Assembly: GCA_041496385.1 (NCBI GenBank)
Contig: JBGQEL010000054.1
Span: forward strand, 1-27,026
DNA from: Candidatus Methylomirabilia bacterium
GTDB lineage: Bacteria; Methylomirabilota; Methylomirabilia; Rokubacteriales; CSP1-6
Direction: 5' to 3'
Length of the DNA: 27,026 bases
The position numbers and the translations under genes were made by a program. This document shows positions 17,077 to 25,535 of the stretch, one piece after another. A model generated the notes under the pieces. It was not told the origin of the DNA, made no database searches, and was given only the letters and a program-made list of their open reading frames with translations. Every line of letters starts with the position of its first letter. Position 1 is the stretch's first letter.

Positions 17077-18066
17077 ATGTCCGAGCGTGGCTGGCAGATC
17101 GCGCTCACGTTCGTCGCCTTCGGCGCGCTCCTCGCCCTCCCGACCGTGATCCCGAGTTTCTACGCGAGTCTCCTGTCCTTCACGTTCACGTACGTCATCG
17201 CCGCCGTCGGCGTGAACCTCCTGACCGGCTACACCGGGCTCGTCACCGTGGGGCACGGCGGCTTCTTCGCGATCGGGGCCTACACGACGGCCCTGATGGC
17301 GAAACACCTCGGGACTTCGGTGGTGCCCGGGCTCGCGGCGGGGGCCCTCCTGGCCGGCATCGTCGGCTTCGGCCTGGGCATCATCTGTCTGCGACTCGGC
17401 GGAGCCTTTCTCGCCATCGCGACCCTCGGCTTCGCGCTCGCGGTCGGCGCCATCCTGAACAACTGGCCCGTCTTCGAGGGGCGCGAGGGCATCCAGCTCG
17501 GGAAGAACAGCGCCCTGGGCGTCGCCGTCAAGGACGTCGGCTTCTACTACGTCGGGCTCGTCGTGATGGCCCTCGTCATGCTCACGTCGTGGAGCATCAT
17601 CCGCTCGGGCGTGGGCCGCGCCTTCATCGCCATGCGGGACTCCGAGCGCGCCGCCGAGGCCATGGGGATCAACCTGCGCCTCTACAAGACGGTGGCGTTC
17701 GCGATCAGCGCGGCCATGACGGGTGCGGGAGGCGTGCTGTTCGCGCATCACAACCGGTATGTCTCCACCGAGACCTTCGGCGACACGTGGCTCTCCGTGG
17801 ATTTCCTGACGGCGGTGGTGGTCGGTGGCCAGGCCTCGCTGTTCGGCTCGGCGCTCGGCGCCGCGTTCGTCGTGATGGTGCCGTACTATCTCGGCGAGCT
17901 GCGCGACTTCGCCTACATCTTGAACGGCGTGGCGCTGATCGCCGTGCTGCTGTTTGCGCCCGACGGCGTCGCCGGCGTGCTGGCACGGCTGCTCCGCCGC
18001 CTCCTTGGTCGGAACGCCCGGGCCGTGGCGCCGGTCGTCGACCCCGTGTCGGTGGGGCGGAGCTAG
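17077..18066 (+). CDS. livM: HAAT ABC transporter permease (LivM-like)
   Basis: GVNLLTGYTGLVTVGHGGFFAIGAY, LAIATLGF, GRAFIAMRDSE, VVGG, PDGV. Confidence 0.92.
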   Translation: MSERGWQIALTFVAFGALLALPTVIPSFYASLLSFTFTYVIAAVGVNLLTGYTGLVTVGHGGFFAIGAYTTALMAKHLGTSVVPGLAAGALLAGIVGFGLGIICLRLGGAFLAIATLGFALAVGAILNNWPVFEGREGIQLGKNSALGVAVKDVGFYYVGLVVMALVMLTSWSIIRSGVGRAFIAMRDSERAAEAMGINLRLYKTVAFAISAAMTGAGGVLFAHHNRYVSTETFGDTWLSVDFLTAVVVGGQASLFGSALGAAFVVMVPYYLGELRDFAYILNGVALIAVLLFAPDGVAGVLARLLRRLLGRNARAVAPVVDPVSVGRS

Positions 18067-18069
18067 GCC

Positions 18070-18843
18070 ATGGACCTGCTCGCCGTTCACGGCGTGCACG
18101 TGCACTTCGGCGGTCTGCGCGCGCTCGATGGGGTCGACGTCGTCGTCCCCTCCGGAAGCGTATACGGGCTCATCGGGCCGAACGGCGCCGGCAAGACGAC
18201 GCTGTTCAACTGTATCAGCCGATTTCAGCCTTACTCGGCGGGCACGATCCACTACCGCGGACATGACCTCGGCCGATTCGGTCCGCATGACGCCATCGGC
18301 GTCGGCATGGCGCGCACCTTCCAGAACATCAATCTCTTCCGCTCGCGCTCGACGCTCGACAACATCCTGGTCGGCATGCATAGCCGGCTCGGCAGTCCGC
18401 TCGCGGCGATGCTGTCGCTGCCGTCCGGGCGGCGCCGGGAGGATGAGCTGCGCCTGCGCGCCCGTCGCATGGCCGACATGTTCGGGCTCACGGACGTGCT
18501 CGACCAGCAGGTGGTCCATCTCCCGTTCGGCTACCAGAAGCGCGTCGAGCTGGCGCGCGCGCTGGCCTCGGAGCCGACCCTCTTGCTCCTCGACGAGCCT
18601 GTCGCCGGCTGCAACGAAGAGGAGACGCGCGAGCTCGGCGAGATCATCCGCGCCATCAACCGGGATCTCAGCGTCACGGTGCTCGTGGTCGAGCACGACA
18701 TGTCGCTCGTCCGGGCGATCTGCGACGAAGTCACGGTGCTCGACTTCGGCCGCAATATCGCCCGCGGTGCGCCGGCGGAAATCTTGAACCACCCGGCGGT
18801 GGTCGAGGCCTACCTGGGCGAGACGGTGGCCGCGCATGCTTGA
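18070..18843 (+). CDS. livG: HAAT ABC ATPase (LivG-like)
   Basis: FGGLRAL, GPNGAGKTT, RTFQN, LPFGYQKRVE, LLLDEP, EHDM, AYLG. Confidence 0.93.
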   Translation: MDLLAVHGVHVHFGGLRALDGVDVVVPSGSVYGLIGPNGAGKTTLFNCISRFQPYSAGTIHYRGHDLGRFGPHDAIGVGMARTFQNINLFRSRSTLDNILVGMHSRLGSPLAAMLSLPSGRRREDELRLRARRMADMFGLTDVLDQQVVHLPFGYQKRVELARALASEPTLLLLDEPVAGCNEEETRELGEIIRAINRDLSVTVLVVEHDMSLVRAICDEVTVLDFGRNIARGAPAEILNHPAVVEAYLGETVAAHA

Positions 18844-19546
18844 CCTGGAGGGCGTCGAGGTCGGCTATGGCCAGATCAAGGCGCTGAAGGGCGTCACCTT
18901 GAAGGTGAACCGCGGTCAGATCGTCGCCCTGCTCGGCGCCAATGGCGCCGGCAAGACGACCGCGCTCCGCGCCATCTCGGGTCTCCTCCACGCGACGGCG
19001 GGACACATCACGATCGACGGCATCCGCCTCGATCGGCTGGCGCCCGAGGACATCGTGCGTCGAGGCGTGGTGCAGGTTCCCGAAGGCCGGCGCGTCTTCG
19101 CGGGGCTGTCGGTCCTCGAGAACCTCCGCATGGGCGCCTACTGCCGCCACGGGAGCATCGCGGACGATCTCCAGCGGGTGTACCGCTACTTCCCGGTCCT
19201 CGGCGAGCGGAGCCGGCAGGAGGGCGGGTCGCTGTCGGGCGGCGAGCAGCAGATGCTCGCCATCGGGCGTGCGCTCATGGCGCGGCCGAGAGTGCTGCTG
19301 CTCGACGAGCCATCGCTTGGACTCGCGCCGAAGCTGGTCGCCGAGATCTTCAGGATCATCCGGACGATCAACGCCGATGGTGTCACGGTGCTTCTGGTGG
19401 AACAGAACGCCTATCAGGCGCTGTCCATCGCCCACTACTCGTACGTGCTCCGGGTGGGTCGGGTGGTGCTGGAGGGCACGGCGGAGGAACTCAAGGACCG
19501 CAACGACGTGGTGCGGTCCTATCTCGGCCGCCAGGCGGCCGGGTAG
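18836..19546 (+). CDS. livF: HAAT ABC ATPase (LivF-like)
   Basis: GANGAGKTT, VPEGRRVF, LSGGEQQM, LDEPSLGLAP, VEQN. Confidence 0.94.
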   Translation: MLDLEGVEVGYGQIKALKGVTLKVNRGQIVALLGANGAGKTTALRAISGLLHATAGHITIDGIRLDRLAPEDIVRRGVVQVPEGRRVFAGLSVLENLRMGAYCRHGSIADDLQRVYRYFPVLGERSRQEGGSLSGGEQQMLAIGRALMARPRVLLLDEPSLGLAPKLVAEIFRIIRTINADGVTVLLVEQNAYQALSIAHYSYVLRVGRVVLEGTAEELKDRNDVVRSYLGRQAAG

Positions 19547-19580
19547 GGTGGCAATGCTCGAACCTCAGGAGGGTCCGCTC

Positions 19581-20771
19581 ATGCGCAAACGGTTGATGGC
19601 GATTCTGATGCTCCTCGCGGTCGTGGTCGTGACGGCGTGGGTCGACACGGCGCGCGCCCAAGGCCCCGGCGTCAGCGACAAGGAGATCCTGCTCTGCTCG
19701 TATCAGCCGATGACCGGCAAGGAATCGACGTACTTCCGTATGGGGAAGGGCGCCGACATCTGGTACAAGCACGTGAACGAGCAGGGCGGCGTCAACGGCC
19801 GGAAGATCAACTTCAAGATGGTCGACGACCAGTACAATCCCTCGCGGACGACGGTCGTCGTGAAGGAGTTCGTGGAGCGCGACAACTGCTTCGCCATCGC
19901 CAACCCGCTCGGCTCGGCGCCGACCGCCGCGGTCATCGACTACATCACGGAGAACAAGGTGCCGCTCATCGGGGCGGGCACCGGTGCCGCCAAGAACCTC
20001 GAGTACCCGTCCAAGTATGTCTTCCCGCTCTATCCGAGCTACAAGACGGAAGGCCAGGACCTCGTCCGCTTCGCCAAGGAGCAGCTCGGCGGCAAGACGG
20101 TGTCGCTGCTCTACCAGAATGATCCCTCGGGGAAGACGCACATCGAGGGCGTCGAGTCGGTGCTCTCGAAGTACGGCGTGCAGCTCGTGGCCAAGGAGCC
20201 GTACGAGAAGAACGAGCTGGACGTCAGCTCCCAGGTCATCAAGATGAAGGCGGCGAACCCGGACGTCCACCTGTGCTCCTGCGCACCGGAGCATGCCGCC
20301 CGCTTCTTCACCGAGCGGCAGAAGCTCGGCTGGAAGGTGCCGGTCGTGGTCGTGTTCTTCGGACAGAGCCCGAAGGTGGTCGAGCTTGCGGGCAAGGAGG
20401 CGGTCGAGGGCGTCTACTTCAGCACGATCTTCCGCCGCCCCAGCTCGCCGGATCCGCAGATGAAGCAGTTCGTCAGCCTGCTCCGGAAGTATTACCCGAA
20501 CGAGGAGCCGGACGCGATCCACATGTGGGGCTACGCCGGCGCCCAGGTCGTGACGGAGGCCCTCGGGCGCATGCCGAAGGAGGCGGGCAAGATCACGCGG
20601 GACGCCCTCGTCGAGTCGCTCGAGACGATCCGCGACTGGAAGGGCGGCCTGATCCCGAGCGTCACGATCGGCAAGGGCAACGCGCCGGAGCACTTCCTCA
20701 TTCGCGAGATGTCGTGGCTGCAGGTGAAGAACGGGGACTTCGAGGTGTTCACGCCGACGTGGATGAAGTAG
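19581..20771 (+). CDS. HAAT ABC substrate-binding protein (LivK/PBP1 family)
   Basis: AGGAGG RBS; signal MRKRLMAILMLLAVVVVTAWVDTARA; GGVNGRKI, DDQYNP, YQND; four Cys including LCSC. Confidence 0.9.
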   Translation: MRKRLMAILMLLAVVVVTAWVDTARAQGPGVSDKEILLCSYQPMTGKESTYFRMGKGADIWYKHVNEQGGVNGRKINFKMVDDQYNPSRTTVVVKEFVERDNCFAIANPLGSAPTAAVIDYITENKVPLIGAGTGAAKNLEYPSKYVFPLYPSYKTEGQDLVRFAKEQLGGKTVSLLYQNDPSGKTHIEGVESVLSKYGVQLVAKEPYEKNELDVSSQVIKMKAANPDVHLCSCAPEHAARFFTERQKLGWKVPVVVVFFGQSPKVVELAGKEAVEGVYFSTIFRRPSSPDPQMKQFVSLLRKYYPNEEPDAIHMWGYAGAQVVTEALGRMPKEAGKITRDALVESLETIRDWKGGLIPSVTIGKGNAPEHFLIREMSWLQVKNGDFEVFTPTWMK

Positions 20772-20785
20772 GGCCGTGACCGCAC

Positions 20786-20846
20786 CGCCGGCGGGAGCGC
20801 CCGCTCCCGCCGGCGTCCTGCCGGCGGACGCCGGCCTGGGGGACGC
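20786..20846 (+). other. Intercistronic overlapping GC-rich stem-loops
   Basis: Perfect 14-bp IR 20786-20799/20802-20815 and perfect 10-bp IR 20809-20818/20826-20835; no U-tract. Confidence 0.6.
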
Positions 20847-22943
20847 ATGAAGGAGACGGCGGGGACGACGGAGACGCTGGAGCGGCTCCGTGACGCGGAG
20901 ATGACGCCGGGCATCTGCTACGTGTGCCCGTGGACGTGCCCGACGGAGGTGTACACGCGCAAGGGCGAGGTCGTGTACGTCCGCGGGAACACGCGGGCGT
21001 CGACGAAAGGCTCCCGGTGCGTGAAGGGCGAGGCGAGCCACGTCCTCGCGAAGGACGACAACCGCCTGAAGCACCCGATGCGACGTGTCGGGCCCGACCG
21101 CTTCGAGCGCATCTCGTGGGACGAGGCGCTGACACAGATCGCGCGGAAGCTGACCGACATCAAGGCGAAGTACGGACCCGAGGCGGTGGGCTATCTCTGG
21201 CACCTCGATCCCAACAGCGTCTTCGCCCAGCTCTTTCTGACCGAATGCTACGGGACCCCGAACTACTATGGCCATACATCCGCCTGCGAGCAGGACCGGC
21301 GCCTGGCCGCCCTCACGGTGCTCGGTCACGTGTTCCCGGTGCACGACTACGAGAACGCGAAGTTCATCATGCTGCTCGGTATCAATATGCTCGGGGCCAA
21401 CCAGAGTCTCTACGAGAGCCGGGGGCTCCTGGCCGCCGTCTCGAAGGGCGCCCGTCTCGTCGTGGTCGATCCCGCGTTCACGGCGACCGCCGAGAAGGCC
21501 AGCGAATGGATCCCGATCGCGCCCGGCACCGATGGCGCGCTGCTCTTCGCGATGGCCCACGTCATCGTGCAGGAGAAGCTCTACGACGAGACGTTCTGCC
21601 GGCGGTGGACGCACGGGTTCGACGAGTTCTGCCGCCACGTCGTCGCGCGCGGCTACAGCCCCGAGTGGGCGGCGGGACTCACCGGCGTGCCGGCCAACAC
21701 GATCCGGCGTCTGGCGCTCGAGTTCGCCGTGACGCGCCCGGCGATGATCGAGACCTTCAAGGGGCTCGGCAACTATGCCAACGGCCTCGACGCGTCGCGG
21801 GTGGTCTACATTCTCGACGCGCTCACGGGGCAGGTGGACGGTCCGGGCAACCTGATCCTCAAGGACTGGGCGCCGCTGCAGCCACCGCTCACCATTCCCG
21901 AGGAGCGCAAGACGAAGCCGATCCGGCCGCCGCTCCACGTCGCCATGGGCTACCCGCTCGCGCCCGATCTGCCGACGCAGCTCTTGCCGGCGGCGATCCT
22001 CGAGGGCTCGCCCTATCCCGTGAAGGGCCTCTTCTTCCAGTGCACGAACCCGGTGATGAGCGAGCCGAACACGGCCGTGTACCGCAAGGCGGTGCAGGCG
22101 CTCGAGCTGTCCGTCGCGATCGACACCTACTTCAGCGAGACGGCGGCCGAATGCGAGTTCGTGCTGCCGGAAGCCTCCTTCTACGAGCGCGCGGAGATCC
22201 GCCAGAGCCTGGCGATGCCGCCGGAGGCGATCGTGTGCGTGCCGGCGCTCGGGGCCTACCACGAGGCGCGCCCCGTGTACGAGATCGTGCGAGGGCTCGC
22301 CGAGAAGATGGGCTACGGCGACCTGTTCCGGTGGAATTCGTGGGAGGAGTGGGGGCGCCGGATCATCAGGGACCTGCCGACCGACCTCGACACGATGAAG
22401 AAGACGGGCTTCTGGTCCGGCGAGCTGAAGTACCACAAGTACCGGCAGACAGGGTTCGCCACCCCGACGGGGAAGATCGAGTTGATGTCGGAGTCGTTCG
22501 CCAAGCACGGCTACAACGCCTTGCCGGAGTATCGCGATCGGAACGTCATCCCCGACCGGGACTACCCGTTCCAGCTGATCAACAGCAAGTTCGAGGTGCA
22601 CTGCAACCTGACGACCCAGAACAACCCGATCCTCCTCCGGATCCGGGGCGAGAACTGGGCCGAGATCAACACCGACGATGCGGCGCGCCTGGGCATCAAG
22701 GACGGCGATCGCGTCGAGGTCGCCTCGCCGCAGGCGGGGGTCACCATCAAGGCGAAGGTCCGCGCGGGGATCCGCCCCGGCGTCGTCTGCGTCCGGCACG
22801 GCCACGGCTTCGGTCACTGGCAGGGGATCGCCAAGGGCCGGGGCACGCACATCAATCCGATTCTGGGGACGAACGTGAATCCAATCTCGGGCGGGATCGG
22901 CTACAACGAGTGCAAGGTCCGGATCCGAAAGGTGTCGGGCTGA
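20847..22943 (+). CDS. Mo/W-bisPGD oxidoreductase catalytic subunit, Psr/Phs/Arr-like, no Tat signal
   Basis: CYVCPWTC-X26-C [4Fe-4S] motif; RLKHPMRR..ISWDEAL; putative Cys ligand in GHTSACE; VVVDP, PGTD, VLPEA, TPTGKIE, HGFGH. Confidence 0.9.
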   Translation: MKETAGTTETLERLRDAEMTPGICYVCPWTCPTEVYTRKGEVVYVRGNTRASTKGSRCVKGEASHVLAKDDNRLKHPMRRVGPDRFERISWDEALTQIARKLTDIKAKYGPEAVGYLWHLDPNSVFAQLFLTECYGTPNYYGHTSACEQDRRLAALTVLGHVFPVHDYENAKFIMLLGINMLGANQSLYESRGLLAAVSKGARLVVVDPAFTATAEKASEWIPIAPGTDGALLFAMAHVIVQEKLYDETFCRRWTHGFDEFCRHVVARGYSPEWAAGLTGVPANTIRRLALEFAVTRPAMIETFKGLGNYANGLDASRVVYILDALTGQVDGPGNLILKDWAPLQPPLTIPEERKTKPIRPPLHVAMGYPLAPDLPTQLLPAAILEGSPYPVKGLFFQCTNPVMSEPNTAVYRKAVQALELSVAIDTYFSETAAECEFVLPEASFYERAEIRQSLAMPPEAIVCVPALGAYHEARPVYEIVRGLAEKMGYGDLFRWNSWEEWGRRIIRDLPTDLDTMKKTGFWSGELKYHKYRQTGFATPTGKIELMSESFAKHGYNALPEYRDRNVIPDRDYPFQLINSKFEVHCNLTTQNNPILLRIRGENWAEINTDDAARLGIKDGDRVEVASPQAGVTIKAKVRAGIRPGVVCVRHGHGFGHWQGIAKGRGTHINPILGTNVNPISGGIGYNECKVRIRKVSG

Positions 22944-23455
22944 TGTCGAGCCGGGGCTGGCTCTTCGACATCAACAAGTGCACCGGCTGTCACGCGTGCG
23001 AGGTCGCGTGCGCGACGTGGAACGCGACGGGCGCCGTCTCCTGGCGGCAGATCGTCAAGATCGAGACCGGCGTCTACCCCAAGGTCGGCGTCCGCAACCT
23101 GTCGATGCCGTGCCTGCATTGCGACAACGCGCCGTGCCTGCAGTCGTGTCCGGTCAACGCCATCACGAAGCGCGACGACGGTGTCGTGCTCGTCGATCAG
23201 GCCACGTGCGTCGGGTGCATGTTCTGCTTCTGGGCGTGTCCCTTCGGCGTCCCGCAGTTCGGCGCCGAGGGCAAGATGTCGAAGTGCACCTTCTGCGCCG
23301 ACCGCCCGGCCGAGCTGCCGCGGGCGTGCGAGGAGGTCTGTCCGACGAAGGCCATCGTGAGCGGCGAGATGCACGAGCTGGAGCAGCTCGCCGCGAAGTC
23401 CGGCGGCGAGCGGGTCGGGGGCCCGGCGGGGCCCGCGATGTTCGTGATCCGGTAG
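22943..23455 (+). CDS. Four-cluster [4Fe-4S] electron-transfer subunit (DmsB/PsrB-like)
   Basis: CTGCHACEVAC, CLHCDNAPCLQSCP, CVGCMFCFWACP, CTFC..ACEEVCP; TGATG coupling. Confidence 0.93.
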   Translation: MSSRGWLFDINKCTGCHACEVACATWNATGAVSWRQIVKIETGVYPKVGVRNLSMPCLHCDNAPCLQSCPVNAITKRDDGVVLVDQATCVGCMFCFWACPFGVPQFGAEGKMSKCTFCADRPAELPRACEEVCPTKAIVSGEMHELEQLAAKSGGERVGGPAGPAMFVIR

Positions 23456-24253
23456 ATGACCCGCATGGCGGTGTTCTGGACCCTGATCCCCCTGTTCGTC
23501 GGGGCTCTCTTCGTCGGCCTCTATCGCAACCTGTTCGCGAAGCTCGCCGTGATCTTCGGCGCCAGCGGCCGGTTCATCCCGCTGCGCGACGTCGACGCCG
23601 CCGCACTCGGCCAGGCGTACGCCGACGAGGTCGTGTTCCAGCGGCGCATCCTCCTGCGCGGCCGGGTGCCCTGGACCCGGCACATGCTGATCTCCTGGGG
23701 CTTCTCCGTCCTCTTCGTGTTCGACCTGCTGACGGCGCTGCTGACGAAGTACGTGCCGTCCGAACCGTTCATGGAGGGTCACGCCGGCTGGCTGTTCCTC
23801 AAGTTCGGGTTGAACCTCTCCGGGATGGTGCTCCTCGCCGGGCTGCTGATCGCCCTGGTGCGCGGCGTGACCACGGCGGGCACCGAGGAGGCACGGTTCA
23901 ATGACACTCCAGGCACGATCTTCCTGCTGCTGGTCGTCGTGACGGGCTTCGTCGCGCAGGGGATGCGCTTCGCGAACCTGCCCCCGCGACCGGAGTATGG
24001 ATGGGCGCTCCTCGGCCACTGGATGGGCGAGGTACTGCGCGGCGGCGCGCCGTACACGAGCACGTATGCCTTTTTCTGGATGACCCACGCGCTCCTGGCC
24101 TCGGCGTTCCTCGCGTACCTCGGCTGGAGCCGCATGATCCACGTCTTCGCCGCCCCGCTCGGGCGCATGTTCTACGCCCAGCCGGCGTTCCGGGAGGCCA
24201 AGGTTCGCACCGTGATGGAGGGATTGCTGAAGCCACGCGCGGGGAGTCGCTGA
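23456..24253 (+). CDS. NarI/DsrM/HdrE-like b-type cytochrome membrane anchor
   Basis: About 5 TM helices; RHMLISWGF, TGF, FWMTHALLASAFLAYLGWSRMIHVFAAP with His positions typical of this family. Confidence 0.78.
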   Translation: MTRMAVFWTLIPLFVGALFVGLYRNLFAKLAVIFGASGRFIPLRDVDAAALGQAYADEVVFQRRILLRGRVPWTRHMLISWGFSVLFVFDLLTALLTKYVPSEPFMEGHAGWLFLKFGLNLSGMVLLAGLLIALVRGVTTAGTEEARFNDTPGTIFLLLVVVTGFVAQGMRFANLPPRPEYGWALLGHWMGEVLRGGAPYTSTYAFFWMTHALLASAFLAYLGWSRMIHVFAAPLGRMFYAQPAFREAKVRTVMEGLLKPRAGSR

Positions 24254-24254
24254 G

Positions 24255-24479
24255 ATGCCCCCGGGCCTGAAGCGGTTCGCCTGGTGGAGCTTCTTTCTCA
24301 CGGAGGCCGGCCTCGTCGCCGCAGCCTCGGCGTACGTCGACGTCGCGACCCTCGAGTTCTGGCTCGTGGTGGTCTCCGCCGTCGTCGCCTCGATCGCGTA
24401 CGTGGTGACCGTTCGACGTACCCCGGCGCCCAAGCTCGGGGAGGCGACGGCGGCGTCCCGGCGCTGGTTCTGGTTCTAG
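24255..24479 (+). CDS. Small two-TM membrane protein
   Basis: 74 aa with two hydrophobic helices; fills the gap between flanking genes (1 nt and 9 nt spacing). Confidence 0.65.
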   Translation: MPPGLKRFAWWSFFLTEAGLVAAASAYVDVATLEFWLVVVSAVVASIAYVVTVRRTPAPKLGEATAASRRWFWF

Positions 24480-24488
24480 ACGCCGTTC

Positions 24489-25535
24489 ATGGCGACCATC
24501 GAGCTGATCGATGTCGGCGTCTCGTACCCCGACGGCACGCGCGCGCTCGATCGTGTCTCACTCACCGTGCCCGCGGACAAGGTCACCGCGGTGCTGGGTC
24601 CCTCGGGCTCGGGCAAGTCCACGGCGCTGAAGGTCGTCGGCGGCCTCGTCGAGGCCACGGAAGGCCGGGTCCTCATCGGCGGCCAGGACGTCACGGCCGT
24701 CCCGCCCGAGCAGCGCGATGCCGGCATCGTGTTCCAGTCCTACGCGCTGTTTCCCAACATGACGGTCGAGGAGAACATCGGCTTCGGGCTGCGGGTCCGT
24801 CGGATCGGAGCCGCGGAGCGCAAGGAGCGCGTCTCCTGGATGCTGTCGACGATGAAGATCGAGCGGCTCCGCGACAAGCGGATCCGCCAGATCTCGGGTG
24901 GCGAGGCCCAGCGGGTCGCCCTCGCCCGCGCCATGGTCTTCAACCCGAAGATCCTCCTGATGGACGAGCCGCTGTCGGCGCTCGACGCCCAGATCCGGGA
25001 CGACCTGCGCGCGGAGCTGCGCCGCTTCCTGAGGGAGTTCCGGACGACCACCGTGTACGTGACGCACGATCAGTCGGAAGCGCTCGCGCTCGGCGACCAG
25101 GTGGCCGTCATGCGCCACGGCCGGGTCGTGCAGGTCGGAACGGCCGAGGAGATCTACAGCCGCCCGGCGTCGCTCTTCGTGGCCGGCTTCGTCGGCAAGG
25201 CCAACCTCGTGCCCTGCGCGTGTGACGGGCACGGACGCTTCACGCTGCCATTCGGCACCCTCGACCTCGCCCGGCACCCGGCCCCGCCGGGCGAGCGGGT
25301 CGTGATGTTCAGGCCCGAGGATGTCGGCCTGTGCGACGCGGAGGCGGCGCACTTCTCGCTGAAGGTGGAAGACGTGGTGTACCTGGGGAGTCGCGTCCGG
25401 CTCGGCGGCTCGACCGCCACGGGTCACCGCATCCTGCTCGACGTCGGCGCCACCCGGCGCGTCGACGTCGGCGACGTCGTACCCGTCCGTGTGGACGCGG
25501 AGAAGATCCACGTCCTGAACAGGGAGGATCCATGA
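24489..25535 (+). CDS. ABC ATP-binding protein (PotA/FbpC/PhnT-like, with TOBE domain)
   Basis: GPSGSGKST, FQSYALFPNM, ISGGEAQRVALARA, MDEPLSALD, YVTHDQ. Confidence 0.93.
   Translation: MATIELIDVGVSYPDGTRALDRVSLTVPADKVTAVLGPSGSGKSTALKVVGGLVEATEGRVLIGGQDVTAVPPEQRDAGIVFQSYALFPNMTVEENIGFGLRVRRIGAAERKERVSWMLSTMKIERLRDKRIRQISGGEAQRVALARAMVFNPKILLMDEPLSALDAQIRDDLRAELRRFLREFRTTTVYVTHDQSEALALGDQVAVMRHGRVVQVGTAEEIYSRPASLFVAGFVGKANLVPCACDGHGRFTLPFGTLDLARHPAPPGERVVMFRPEDVGLCDAEAAHFSLKVEDVVYLGSRVRLGGSTATGHRILLDVGATRRVDVGDVVPVRVDAEKIHVLNREDP

Noticed and set aside
19491..22850. 1119-aa minus-strand ORF, and similar long antisense ORFs 5085-7274, 10921-13620, 16252-18837 and 22901-24433
   Set aside because: Shadow ORFs of high-GC3 genes on the + strand; no recognisable motifs and fully overlapping confident genes.
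20847..22943. Naming the Mo subunit arrA, arxA, psrA or narG
   Set aside because: No Tat signal, only 698 aa, NarI-like partner and non-matching ligand-region sequence; cannot be assigned without phylogeny.
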